From the NCBI GenBank assembly GCA_035328345.1, contig DAOLIV010000004.1, positions 5,778 to 69,777 on the forward strand: 64,000 bases of DNA. The letters are read 5' to 3'. This DNA comes from Chitinophagaceae bacterium. Lineage in GTDB: Bacteria > Bacteroidota > Bacteroidia > Chitinophagales > Chitinophagaceae. The notes under the pieces were generated by a model that saw only the letters and a program-made list of their open reading frames with translations, made no database searches and had not been told where the DNA came from. Positions 36,681 to 47,080 of the stretch are shown here, piece by piece. The translations under genes and the position numbers were made by a program. Positions within the stretch are counted from its first letter, which is position 1. Each line of letters starts with the position of its first letter.

Positions 36681-37103
36681 ATGAAAAAGTGGTTCATCAT
36701 ATTAACAATTTGCATTCTACCTGGCTTTTCCCTGTTGGCCCAGAATGATGATGATTCGGTAGGTGGCAAAATACAGGAGCGGATGCGAGAATATATTCAG
36801 CAAAAGTTGAATCTTTCAAAAAGTGAAGCTGAAAAATTCAATCCTCTTTTCCTCCGGTACTTCCGTGAATTTGCCCAAACTTACAGGGCAAACAAGGGCG
36901 ACAGGCTTGTGTTACAACAAAAAATTATTGAATTGCGCCTCCGGTATAGAAATGAATTCCGGCAAATAATGGATGAAAATAAAGCCAACAAGGTTTTTAG
37001 ACATGAGGATGAGTTTAGGACAGAAGCCGGGAAGATCATAAGGGAAAATCAAAGAACCCGGGCACCTGGCCGAAGATTCAGGATGATGCAATACAAAAAC
37101 TAA
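36681..37103 (+). CDS. Exported Spy/CpxP-like helical protein
   Basis: Signal peptide; LNLSKSEAEKF and helical charged body; third gene of the ECF operon. Confidence 0.65.
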   Translation: MKKWFIILTICILPGFSLLAQNDDDSVGGKIQERMREYIQQKLNLSKSEAEKFNPLFLRYFREFAQTYRANKGDRLVLQQKIIELRLRYRNEFRQIMDENKANKVFRHEDEFRTEAGKIIRENQRTRAPGRRFRMMQYKN

Positions 37104-37133
37104 CCTCATTTTGGTGTTTTTCATAGGTTAACA

Positions 37134-37157
37134 AAGCCGGCTGTTTGAAGCCGGCTT
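37134..37157. terminator. Bidirectional terminator between convergent genes
   Basis: 9-bp stem AAGCCGGCT/AGCCGGCTT. Confidence 0.75.
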
Positions 37158-37162
37158 ATTCT

Positions 37163-37885
37163 TTAAAATTTCCAGACAGGGTTTTTGACATCATGATAGA
37201 AAAGAAAGCTCCATTTTTCTTTCTCTCCTTTATTCCACCATTCTTGTCTTAACTCCATAGCTTTCCTTCCGTCAAAATCATACTTAGCAACAAAGCGATG
37301 ACGCATCTGCTGAAGTTGAGGAGCCTCATCACCTCCAAAGAAAACTGTTTCATTATCATCTTTGATCCAAAACACCTGGTGATATGGTGAATGTGCACCG
37401 GTTATTTCATATCCGATGTAATCATCTATATGCCCATTTCCATCTAATAATATAACTCTATCATTATTTTTTAAACCTTCCAGATCATCTGTTACGAACG
37501 AAGGAAATCCTTTTTTATATGCAAAATCCAGTTCATTTTTTTGAACATAATATTGAGCCGAAGGAAATAAAAGCTTTTGCCCCACTCCTATACCACCGGC
37601 ATGGTCTTTATGTAAATGTGAAAGAAGCACTTTTGTAATCTCAGATGGGTTGATCCCCGCATTTATAAGATTAGAATAAATCTGTGGAACACCTTCTCTG
37701 GCAAAGCCAAGCCCCGTATCCAATAACAAAATATCATTGGAAGTAATCACAACAAATGGTTGTATCTCGACAAGTAAGCTTCCTCTTGTTCTTTGCTGTA
37801 GATCATCGTCTTTTTCATCAAATGGAACAAAAAGCTTCGATTGATCAACTGTAAATTGTCCTTCAGAAAGCGGAATTATTTTCAT
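37163..37885 (-). CDS. MBL-fold metallo-hydrolase
   Basis: LLDTG, SHLHKDHAGG, GAHSPYH, FYHD. ATG at 37885 preferred (track: 37933). Confidence 0.92.
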   Translation of the reverse strand: MKIIPLSEGQFTVDQSKLFVPFDEKDDDLQQRTRGSLLVEIQPFVVITSNDILLLDTGLGFAREGVPQIYSNLINAGINPSEITKVLLSHLHKDHAGGIGVGQKLLFPSAQYYVQKNELDFAYKKGFPSFVTDDLEGLKNNDRVILLDGNGHIDDYIGYEITGAHSPYHQVFWIKDDNETVFFGGDEAPQLQQMRHRFVAKYDFDGRKAMELRQEWWNKGEKEKWSFLFYHDVKNPVWKF

Positions 37886-37940
37886 CTGCAGTTTATTAGT
37901 ATTGTAATTTGCGAAAATTGAACCTATTGCCAAATAAGCT

Positions 37941-39281
37941 CTATCTCAAAACCATTTGCCTGTCAGCATCTAATCGAATCAAAATAAAAAGAAGAATTGT
38001 GAAAGTTAGCAATGAGGTTCCCCCATAACTAACAAAAGGAAGAGGAATTCCGATGACTGGTGCTAATCCTACTGTCATAGCAACATTGATTGCAATGTGA
38101 AAGAAAAAAACTGATGCTACTCCGTATGCGTAACACCGACTGAAAACACTTCGTTGTCTTTCGGCAATAGCGACAATCCGAAACAAAAGAAATAAATATA
38201 ATCCTAACAATACAAGGCTTCCGACAAAACCAAACCCTTCACCAACTGTACAAAAAATAAAATCAGTTCTTTGCTCCGGCACAAAATCATACCTGGTTTG
38301 AGTAGCGTTCAACAAACCCTTACCGAATATCCTCCCGCTTCCAATTGCAATTTTAGACTGACGAACATTATAACTGCTTCCGCTTTCCTTCTTTTTCTTT
38401 GCTTCTCTTGAAGAAAGACTCTCTGCTGTCACCAGGTAAGGGTTATCTTCTCCAAACAGGTCATAAATACGTTCCACCTGGTGTGTCTGCAAAACATTTT
38501 TAAAAATAAATGGCACTGCAAATCGTTGAATACCCACACAAAGACCCCAGAGAAAAATAATCGATACTAATAGGCTTCGCTTTCGTTTTATTTGTCTTCG
38601 CAAAATATAAATTGCAATGGCTGCTATCCCGGTTAATATAAGAGCCAGCTTATTGGGTTCAATAACAATAGTGGCCACTATGAGAGCGGCAACGGAAAAT
38701 CCGATTATCAGAATAATAGAAGGTAGTCCCTCTCTGTACATTACAATAAAGAAAGCAAAATATACAAGGGCAAGACCGGTTTCGCTTTGCAGTATTGTGA
38801 GGCCGGCAGGCAATAACACAATTCCGGCTGCTATAAGTTGGGACCTTATTTTAGTAAAATCCGTCTCAGGTCTTGCCAAGTATTTTCCAAGAGCCAATGC
38901 AACAAATATTTTACAAAGCTCTGCCGGCTGAAAATTAAATGCCCCAAGTTTGATTATTGACTCAGTGCCTTTAATCCTTGAATGAAAAGGAAACACCAAA
39001 AGCAGCATAAAAATTCCAACCACGTAAAGCAGGTTAGCAGTCGCAGGAAAAAATTTACTATCAGTGAGCAGAATAAAAAAACCAATTACCGCACCAATTA
39101 TAAAAAAGTAAAACTGCTTACTATAGTCAGTCTTGAAACCAATAAAACTTTGTATGATGGGATCCCCTTCTTTAAATGTTGCTGCAAAAATGGCCGTGAG
39201 TCCAATTGCTACAAGCAGTAAATAAATTACGACCAGGCTACGATCAATTCCCTTTGATATACCTTGAGTCTGATGGGTCAT
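37941..39281 (-). CDS. rodA: Rod shape-determining protein RodA
   Basis: FQPAELCK, QSKIAIGSG, VPEQRTDFIF, GIPLPFVSYGGTS. Confidence 0.96.
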   Translation of the reverse strand: MTHQTQGISKGIDRSLVVIYLLLVAIGLTAIFAATFKEGDPIIQSFIGFKTDYSKQFYFFIIGAVIGFFILLTDSKFFPATANLLYVVGIFMLLLVFPFHSRIKGTESIIKLGAFNFQPAELCKIFVALALGKYLARPETDFTKIRSQLIAAGIVLLPAGLTILQSETGLALVYFAFFIVMYREGLPSIILIIGFSVAALIVATIVIEPNKLALILTGIAAIAIYILRRQIKRKRSLLVSIIFLWGLCVGIQRFAVPFIFKNVLQTHQVERIYDLFGEDNPYLVTAESLSSREAKKKKESGSSYNVRQSKIAIGSGRIFGKGLLNATQTRYDFVPEQRTDFIFCTVGEGFGFVGSLVLLGLYLFLLFRIVAIAERQRSVFSRCYAYGVASVFFFHIAINVAMTVGLAPVIGIPLPFVSYGGTSLLTFTILLFILIRLDADRQMVLR

Positions 39282-41371
39282 GATTTTAAGTAGGGATTAT
39301 TTTTTGACCCATCAATCTTCGACGGCAAAACCGCTAATACTTTTTCTTTTTCAGCGGGATCATTCTTCTTATTAGGGTTTGTTTTTTTCTTTACACCATT
39401 AATGGTAATATATTTTTTTATGTAGCCGCTATCTTTTGTCGTTTGAAACCACTTAAATGCCCTGACTGAATCCTCTTTATACTGAAGTCTCTTTAAGTAA
39501 GTCGGCATCAGGTTTGTGTTTGCTATTCTTTCAAGATCAGCCTTGCTTTTTGTCTGTAAAGTGTCATTCAGATATTTTTCGATCATAATTCTTGAGATCG
39601 GCCCGGCCCATGTGGCTCCATAGCCTGCATTCTGAACAAAACAGGCGATAGCAATTTTTGGATTTTCTTTAGGAGCAAAACAAACAAACATTGAGTTATT
39701 AGGAAGTTTTATTCTGTGTCCATCCAGTATGGTATAATTTTCTGCAGTACCTGTTTTGGCACAGACATCAATACCGGGTATTTGAGCAATTCTTGCTGTA
39801 CCAAATTTAACAACGTCATTCATGCCTTCAATAACTGCCCTGTAAGCAGTATCAGGTATATGCGTCAGTACATTATGTCTCATCCTGAACTTGTTCATGA
39901 ATGCTGTGTCTTCAGTTGTTTCATCTTCTATCTTCTCTACAAAATGGGGCGTATAATAATATCCTTTATTTGCAATAACACACATTGCATTTGCCATTTG
40001 CAAGGGAGTTATCTGCATCTTATCCTGTCCAATACCTAATGTCAGATTTGTACAGGATGTCCAGTGGCCATTGTTTTCTTTATTATATACAGATGTATCG
40101 GGAATGCTACCGCTACTTTCGTTAGGTATATCTACCCCCAATTTTACACCAAGCCCAAATTCATTCAGATATTCCCTCCATTTTAAATAACCCAGTTTCA
40201 CATTTCCATATTTTGGGTTGTCTACAGTAAGCCGGTAAACATGGGCATAATATGAATTGCATGAATTGGCAATCGATAACCGAAGATTAGCAGCATGTCC
40301 GGCTCCTGAGTGTGTACAAGCTGGTTTACCGTGGCCGCAAAGTGTATATCTTCCGGGGCAGGGAAATCCATAAGATGGAGTTATCACACCTTCATCTAAT
40401 GCCACTAATGCACCGATTGGCTTAAAAGTTGAGCCGGGTTCATATTTTCCTGCAATAGCCCGGTTTAGCATCGGTGCCGCAACATTTAAAACAAGACTGC
40501 TGTAATTTTTACTTCCGAAAGAACCAGTAAGATCATTCGGGTTGTAGTTAGGCCCGGAAACCATCGCAAGTATTCCACCAGTTTTAGGATCAATTGCAAC
40601 AAGACCTCCAACTTTGTTGGTCATAAGTTGCTCTGCCATTGCCTGGAGTTCAATATCAATATAAGTTTTAAGACCCCTTCCCGCTACAGATGCGGTATCA
40701 AACACCCCATCTTCGTAATGTCCCACAATCCTGTTTTTGTTATCCTTGATCATATACTGTACACCTCTTTCCCCCATCAACACTTTTTCATAGTAGGCCT
40801 CGAGCCCCGTTTTACCTATATAATCTCCTTGCCGATAAAAATTTCCGGAACGTTCTATATCCCTCGAATCAACCTCCCTGATATATCCCAGGATGTGAGC
40901 AGCCGCATCATAAGGGTAGGTTCTCAAAGGCCTTTCAACAAGTGTAAAACCCGGGTATTTCCAACTGTTCTCTTCAAATCTCGCCTGGATATCAGGAGTC
41001 AACAATCCCTGGAACACAGAAGGACGAACGGCGGAGTTTTTAAACCTGGCCTCTAATATCCTTTTTTTGAACTCAGCTGTATCTATTTTCATTAGCTCAC
41101 AAAAACTGGAAGTATCAATTCCTTTTACCTCAGCCGGAACCACCATCAGGTCATAAATAATGGTATTGTTAAGAATGGCCTTGCCCTTCCTATCATAAAT
41201 AATACCCCTTTCCGGATACACAATTTTGGCGTATACAGCATTATCCATAGCCAGTTGTTTGTATTTACCCTCAACAACCTGGAGATAAAACAACTGCCCG
41301 ATTATTGCCAGGAAAGCAACAAGGAAAATTAAACGGATAATACGGCTTCTTGATTGGTTAAACACAGACAT
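39278..41371 (-). CDS. mrdA: Penicillin-binding protein 2
   Basis: PGSTFK, SCN, KTGTA; mre cluster. Confidence 0.96.
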   Translation of the reverse strand: MSVFNQSRSRIIRLIFLVAFLAIIGQLFYLQVVEGKYKQLAMDNAVYAKIVYPERGIIYDRKGKAILNNTIIYDLMVVPAEVKGIDTSSFCELMKIDTAEFKKRILEARFKNSAVRPSVFQGLLTPDIQARFEENSWKYPGFTLVERPLRTYPYDAAAHILGYIREVDSRDIERSGNFYRQGDYIGKTGLEAYYEKVLMGERGVQYMIKDNKNRIVGHYEDGVFDTASVAGRGLKTYIDIELQAMAEQLMTNKVGGLVAIDPKTGGILAMVSGPNYNPNDLTGSFGSKNYSSLVLNVAAPMLNRAIAGKYEPGSTFKPIGALVALDEGVITPSYGFPCPGRYTLCGHGKPACTHSGAGHAANLRLSIANSCNSYYAHVYRLTVDNPKYGNVKLGYLKWREYLNEFGLGVKLGVDIPNESSGSIPDTSVYNKENNGHWTSCTNLTLGIGQDKMQITPLQMANAMCVIANKGYYYTPHFVEKIEDETTEDTAFMNKFRMRHNVLTHIPDTAYRAVIEGMNDVVKFGTARIAQIPGIDVCAKTGTAENYTILDGHRIKLPNNSMFVCFAPKENPKIAIACFVQNAGYGATWAGPISRIMIEKYLNDTLQTKSKADLERIANTNLMPTYLKRLQYKEDSVRAFKWFQTTKDSGYIKKYITINGVKKKTNPNKKNDPAEKEKVLAVLPSKIDGSKNNPYLKS

Positions 41372-41516
41372 CGAATAAAACTAACAGGGAAAAATCAGAA
41401 AATCAGGTCAATTCACTTTACAAAGTAAAACCGACATTGATCGCTTTCCAAATCTATTTCAGAATAAAAATTGATTTAAGAAAATTTTCGGTAAATGCTC
41501 TTACCGGATTTACTTC

Positions 41517-42050
41517 TCAGGCTGTGTTTGTCCTATACCGTAGCTTCCTTGGGAAGAGCATTTCAACAGTTATGATCAGCAGCATGCTGATAGCTGTGGT
41601 AGTTACGATTTTGATCAGGAAATCAAGAAAGTTTCCAAACTGCAGCCATTGCAAAAAAGTCATATAAGTATGATGGGCAAGAGTCAGGACAAAGACATAA
41701 ACTAAATATGGGGACCACCTCATAGATTTTGGCGAAGGTTCCCTGTAATTGAATTCAGAAGTATCTTTTGGTGTAAGAATATTAATAACAAATGGCCTTA
41801 AATAGGCTATCAGGGTACATGCTGCCGCATGAACACCAATCTGCATAGTGAAGAAATCAAGAATGAGACCGGTGATAAACCCTATTAATAACAACCATTG
41901 TCTTGAAACAGAAAAGGGGAGCCACAAAATGGGAAGAAAATACAGATAAGGTATTATGTACCGGTGAAGGGGCGGGATCTTATTTAATACATACACCTGT
42001 ATCAAAATAAAAATAACAATCCGCAACATATTTTTTATCGCATCACTCAC
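41517..42050 (-). CDS. mreD: Rod shape-determining protein MreD
   Basis: Hydrophobic, GLILDFF, GVHAAA; between mreC and mrdA. Confidence 0.9.
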   Translation of the reverse strand: MSDAIKNMLRIVIFILIQVYVLNKIPPLHRYIIPYLYFLPILWLPFSVSRQWLLLIGFITGLILDFFTMQIGVHAAACTLIAYLRPFVINILTPKDTSEFNYREPSPKSMRWSPYLVYVFVLTLAHHTYMTFLQWLQFGNFLDFLIKIVTTTAISMLLIITVEMLFPRKLRYRTNTA

Positions 42051-42922
42051 TTGTTCCTGTTTTTGGGATCATCAATTATTTTCTTTGTATCCTGAATCAG
42101 TTTCTTTTGCTCATCATAAAATATATTTTCAACCACATGAACATGCTGAAGGTTAAAAAAGTTAGCCGACGGTTTTAGTTTAATGACATAGAAATTAGTG
42201 CTTTTGTCAGTTAAGATCTGATCAATGGTACCCACCATACAACCGGGAGGAAAATTTGAGTTGACACTTGTCAGCACTGTATCTCCTTTAACGATTGAAT
42301 CCGATTTTGGTATATTTCGTAAAGTCAAGAACAGGGGATTTTTGCCATCCCACTCTATGGTTCCCATATTTCCGGATCGTTTCATGATCACACTCCTTTT
42401 GCTTTGCACATGAAGAAGACTCATTATAACGCTGTAATTGGAGCTCACATTTATAACAACACCAACTGCGCTGCCATCTGATCCTATAACTGCCATATTA
42501 TCTTTAATACCCTGGTTAGAGCCTCTGTCTATTTGTATGTAATTTTTATCGAATCTCACTGTATTATAGATCACCCTTGCATCTCTCCAGAAATATTGTC
42601 GTTTCATTCCTGTTGTGTCGTAGGAGACTGAATCTTTTACAAGTATTGCCGAAGTGTCCTGTTTAGCAAAATTTGAAGGAAGTAAATTTAAAAGAGAATC
42701 ATTCAGGTGGTGCAGCCGTTCATTTTCTTTTTTCATGGCAAAATAATCTTCCACCTTATTATATTGTGTGTTGATCTTACCTGTTACTTCATTTGCTATA
42801 CCCAGCAGTTTTGCCCTGTGAAATTTATTGTAGCTGTATAAAAACCAAATGGAAATTCCCTGCAAAAAGAGGAATGTAAAAAAAGTCCTGTAGCGACGTA
42901 TGAAGAGAAATATATTACGCAT
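42047..42922 (-). CDS. mreC: Rod shape-determining protein MreC
   Basis: IDRGSNQGIK, GDTVLTS, FPPG..VG. Confidence 0.93.
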   Translation of the reverse strand: MRNIFLFIRRYRTFFTFLFLQGISIWFLYSYNKFHRAKLLGIANEVTGKINTQYNKVEDYFAMKKENERLHHLNDSLLNLLPSNFAKQDTSAILVKDSVSYDTTGMKRQYFWRDARVIYNTVRFDKNYIQIDRGSNQGIKDNMAVIGSDGSAVGVVINVSSNYSVIMSLLHVQSKRSVIMKRSGNMGTIEWDGKNPLFLTLRNIPKSDSIVKGDTVLTSVNSNFPPGCMVGTIDQILTDKSTNFYVIKLKPSANFFNLQHVHVVENIFYDEQKKLIQDTKKIIDDPKNRNK

Positions 42923-42992
42923 TTATCAACGGCACTAGGTTAAATAGTATAAGACACAGTGGTTGTTAATGTTGTAACCCGGCCTTCTGTAT

Positions 42993-44018
42993 TTATCTCA
43001 TTACGAAGGGGTATCTATCGTAATTCTTAAGTGCGATACCAGTTCCTCTAACCACACTTTTCAGCGGGTCGTCTGCAACATGCACCGGTAATTTAATTTT
43101 ACTGCTAAGGCGTTTGTCAAGACCTCTTAGCAAAGCTCCTCCGCCTGTGATATATAAACCACGACGATAGATATCGGCTGCCAGTTCAGGTGGAGTTTGT
43201 TCCAGGGCTTTTAAAATAGCCTCTTCAATTTTAAAAATACTCTTATCCAACGCCTCGGCAATTTCCTGGTAGCTCACAAGAATTTGTTTAGGAATACCAG
43301 TAACGAGGTCTCTTCCATTTACAGGATAATCATCAGGCGGATTATCGATTTCTTTCATCGCAGCGCCTATCTGGATCTTAATCTGCTCAGCAGTTCTTTC
43401 ACCGATCAGTAAACTGTGGTATCTCCTCAGGGCCTCCATGATATCTGCCGTAAATTCATCACCAGCAATACGAATGGACTGGTCACATACAATTCCTGCA
43501 AGTGCTATCACAGTGATACCTGTTGTCCCCCCACCTATATCAATGATCATGTTACCCACCGGTTCTTCAACATCAATACCGATACCCAGCGCAGCCGCCA
43601 TGGGCTCATGGATCAGGTATACTTCTTTCGCCCCTGCCTGCTCAGCACTATCACGAACAGCTCTTTTTTCAACTTCAGTGATAGAGGATGGAATGCATAT
43701 CATCATCCTCCAGCTAGGCGGGAAAAGAGGTTTTTTGGGATAAACCAGTTTGATCAGCTCCCTGATCATCAATTCGGCCGCATTAAAATCTGCTATCACT
43801 CCGTCTTTTAGTGGTCTGACTGTCCTGATGCTTTCATGGGTTTTTTCATGCATCATCAACGCCTTTTTCCCAACCGCCAGTACTTCTTTGGGGTTATTGC
43901 GGTTGAGCGCCACGATACTTGGCTCGTTGACTACTACTTCGTCGTTATGTATGATGAGGGTATTTGCAGTGCCCAGGTCAATAGCGATTTCTTGAGTAAA
44001 CCAGTTAAAAAGTCCCAT
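42993..44018 (-). CDS. mreB: Rod shape-determining protein MreB
   Basis: IDLGTANT, DIGGGTT, TGGGALL. Confidence 0.98.
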   Translation of the reverse strand: MGLFNWFTQEIAIDLGTANTLIIHNDEVVVNEPSIVALNRNNPKEVLAVGKKALMMHEKTHESIRTVRPLKDGVIADFNAAELMIRELIKLVYPKKPLFPPSWRMMICIPSSITEVEKRAVRDSAEQAGAKEVYLIHEPMAAALGIGIDVEEPVGNMIIDIGGGTTGITVIALAGIVCDQSIRIAGDEFTADIMEALRRYHSLLIGERTAEQIKIQIGAAMKEIDNPPDDYPVNGRDLVTGIPKQILVSYQEIAEALDKSIFKIEEAILKALEQTPPELAADIYRRGLYITGGGALLRGLDKRLSSKIKLPVHVADDPLKSVVRGTGIALKNYDRYPFVMR

Positions 44019-44230
44019 TCTATATTATTGGATTTAATGTTTGCAAAGGTGTAGGAAATAATTTGAATTAGCAAAGCAACTCTTGTTGAAAACCTTATCC
44101 GGCAAAGGAAAGATGTCATCAGGCTGCGGGACTAACTGAAGTAAACGCATTAAAAATTCCAATATTGTCTATGCATCAAATAAAAATCAGTGACTACAAA
44201 GTCCAAAAATATTTACTCTATCTTCAATTT

Positions 44231-45439
44231 ATGCGGATCATAACCCGGGCCGTGCTGATTTTATCATTTGTCAGCCTTCTTGCTGATATTGCCAGCGAGA
44301 TGTTATACCCCGTTATCCCCGTTTATCTCCGGGAAATTGGTTTTTCGGTTTTCCTGATCGGGATACTCGAGGGCTTTGTAAATTTTACGGCGGGTATCAG
44401 TAAGGGATATTTTGGAAAACTCAGTGATGAAAGAGGACTGAGACTACCATTTGTAAAGACCGGGTATTTTCTAAGTGCAATTTCAAAACCCCTGATGGCA
44501 GTTTTTATTTACCCTTTATGGATCTTCCTGGTAAGGTCGGTCGATCGGCTGGGTAAAGGTGTGCGGACAGCAGCCAGAGATGCACTGTTATCGGCCGAGG
44601 CCACTAAAGAAACTAAAGGAAGGGTTTTTGGATTTCACAGGGGTATGGACACTGTGGGGGCGGCCATCGGCCCGGTAATAGCATTGGTTTACCTGTATTT
44701 TAATCCTGGTGATTACAAAACTTTTTTTTACCTGGCATTCATTCCAGGCATTTGTTCGGTTTTATTGCTTTTCCTGTTAAGTGAAAAGAAACGGCCCGTA
44801 TCAACAATAGGAAAAGGAAATTTCATTTCTTTCTTTAAATATTGGAGAGAGGCCCCACCACAATTTAAAAAAGTAGTTCCCGGATTATTATTTTTTGCTC
44901 TTTTCAACAGTTCAGACATTTTTCTTTTACTGATCACTAAAGAAACTCTCGGAACTGATTCTGTTTTAATTGCCGGAACTGCTTTCAATTCAGACACTAT
45001 TACAATAGCAGCATACATACTTTATAATTTAGTTTATGCGGCTACTTCATACCCGCTTGGAATTTTGGCAGATAAACTGGGATTCAGAAAAGTTATTATC
45101 ATTGGATTTATTCTTTTTGCAATTGTATACGGCGGTTTTGCATTCCAACCGTCCTTATCTTTTATTTTTTTACTTTTCTTTTTCTATGGGATTTATGCAG
45201 CGGCTACTGAAGGAGTTATAAAAGCCTGGATTACAAATCTTGCCCATGAGAAAAATACTGCGACCGCAATAGGTTTTTATACAAGTTGTGAAAGTATATG
45301 TACACTCTTTGCAAGCATTATTGCAGGGGGATTATGGACTTACTTCGGAAGCACCAGTACGTTTATTGTTACTTCACTGGTTGCTATTTTAAGCAGCTTT
45401 TATTTCTTATTGAGAATCAGATCAGAAAATTCAAATTAA
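44231..45439 (+). CDS. MFS transporter
   Basis: 12 TM pattern, FGKLSDERG, DRLGKGVRTAARDALL. ATG at 44231 preferred (track: 44165). Confidence 0.9.
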   Translation: MRIITRAVLILSFVSLLADIASEMLYPVIPVYLREIGFSVFLIGILEGFVNFTAGISKGYFGKLSDERGLRLPFVKTGYFLSAISKPLMAVFIYPLWIFLVRSVDRLGKGVRTAARDALLSAEATKETKGRVFGFHRGMDTVGAAIGPVIALVYLYFNPGDYKTFFYLAFIPGICSVLLLFLLSEKKRPVSTIGKGNFISFFKYWREAPPQFKKVVPGLLFFALFNSSDIFLLLITKETLGTDSVLIAGTAFNSDTITIAAYILYNLVYAATSYPLGILADKLGFRKVIIIGFILFAIVYGGFAFQPSLSFIFLLFFFYGIYAAATEGVIKAWITNLAHEKNTATAIGFYTSCESICTLFASIIAGGLWTYFGSTSTFIVTSLVAILSSFYFLLRIRSENSN

Positions 45440-45520
45440 TTTTTTATCAGTACACTTTATCTCTTTTGGCATAAAAATGGCAAGTATTGGTTATAATTTA
45501 TTAATTATAACCGATTTATT

Positions 45521-45988
45521 ATGAGAAAGATTTCATTGTGTATTGCAACATTGTTTATAGTAACCATAGCGGGGGCACAAAGTAAAAGTATTAATGGCAC
45601 CACTTACAGAACAGCTCTTGGAGTAAAAGTTTGGGATGGTGGAGGAATTTCTTTTAAACATTTTGTAAACGGCAATAATGCTCTTGAGCTTATCGGATAT
45701 TTCTGGAACAGAGGTTCAAGAATAACTGGCTTATATGAAATTCATGGTCCGATTAATGGTGCAGCAGGTTTGCAATGGTATATTGGCCCCGGCGCCCATA
45801 TTGGATTTTACAATTCAAAATATGGTGACGGTGCTTTTGCCGGACTCGATGGTGTGTTGGGTCTTGATTATAAATTCAACGGTGCCCCTATCAATATCTC
45901 ACTCGACTGGCAACCTTCAATAGAATTTGGTGATGGCCGTGGTTTTGTAGGAAGCTGGGGAGGCCTTGGCGTAAGGTATACATTCTAA
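45521..45988 (+). CDS. Small outer membrane beta-barrel protein, hypothetical
   Basis: Signal peptide, alternating strands, C-terminal GLGVRYTF. Confidence 0.8.
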   Translation: MRKISLCIATLFIVTIAGAQSKSINGTTYRTALGVKVWDGGGISFKHFVNGNNALELIGYFWNRGSRITGLYEIHGPINGAAGLQWYIGPGAHIGFYNSKYGDGAFAGLDGVLGLDYKFNGAPINISLDWQPSIEFGDGRGFVGSWGGLGVRYTF

Positions 45989-46014
45989 GTTCCGGGTTGC
46001 TTATTTCTGAAAAT

Positions 46015-47013
46015 TTATTCTGAGAAAAAACCTAATCTGTTTTCAGTAGATGCTGAAAGTGAAGGAAGCTTTCCCCTTTCAATCAGGAAACTATTAAGCT
46101 GTGCAATTTCTCTGAAAATATAATGTTTATCTGCGGCTGCTTTTAAATAATCTTTCCCGGTACTTCCGCCAGTACCAATACGGGTTCCAATCATCCGATG
46201 AACCATATTCATATGCCTGTAACGCCACGAACTAAGCTGCTCATCTATTTCCAATAAAGAATTTAAAAGCTGAAACGGCAATTGCAGGATTGGATATCCG
46301 CGGTAAAGCATAATAAATAAAGCCGATTTGCATGCTGAAGGTGATAAAGACCTGCCTTCATTATTTGAGTTTCCGGAGAAAATAGTATCAAACTCTTTCA
46401 AATTTTCTTTTTCTGCATCAGCAAGGCTGTCCCCATATATTTTTTTATAGCCTGTCCAAAAGGCAGCATCTGCGCCTTCTTTAAGAAATGGCATTCGCTC
46501 CAGCCAGTTATTCACCAATTGAAGAAGAGAGCTTTCATTCTCAGCTTTCTTAATAACATCAACATGTTCTTTTCTTAATTGTGAGGTATAGTATTCCTGC
46601 CCATGACGATGTTCATACTTCAAGCCAAGCTTTGCCTCCAGTTCTTTGAACTGCCAGCTCTGAAACCCTGATGCTGGCCGCAGCATATCCCTGAAATCCA
46701 GAAAATCCATTGGCGTCATAGTTTCCATGATATCTACCTGGTGTACCAGCACTCTTAAAATTGTAACTACTCTGCTAAGTCGGTGAACGACCGTTTGCAA
46801 CTCAGGTGAATTATCATTCAAAGAAGGTTGAGCCATAATAGCAGCTATTGAATCTACCTCGTAGTGAAGCTGTTTGAACCAAAGTTCATAGGCCTGGTGT
46901 ATGATGATAAAAAGCATTTCATCATGTGCCGGCAGATTTTTTTTATCACTCTCAGGAAACTGAGAGTTTAAAATTTTATCTAGCTGTAAATAATCATGGT
47001 AATGCACTTCCAT
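46015..47013 (-). CDS. kynA: Tryptophan 2,3-dioxygenase
   Basis: YHDYLQL, HDEMLFIIIHQAYELWFK, ASGFQS, GTGGSTG. Confidence 0.95.
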   Translation of the reverse strand: MEVHYHDYLQLDKILNSQFPESDKKNLPAHDEMLFIIIHQAYELWFKQLHYEVDSIAAIMAQPSLNDNSPELQTVVHRLSRVVTILRVLVHQVDIMETMTPMDFLDFRDMLRPASGFQSWQFKELEAKLGLKYEHRHGQEYYTSQLRKEHVDVIKKAENESSLLQLVNNWLERMPFLKEGADAAFWTGYKKIYGDSLADAEKENLKEFDTIFSGNSNNEGRSLSPSACKSALFIMLYRGYPILQLPFQLLNSLLEIDEQLSSWRYRHMNMVHRMIGTRIGTGGSTGKDYLKAAADKHYIFREIAQLNSFLIERGKLPSLSASTENRLGFFSE

Positions 47014-47080
47014 AACTAAAGTTCAGATACCCGGCGAAAGTACTGTAATATTTTTGGCAGAGATTTATCAAAGAAACAAA

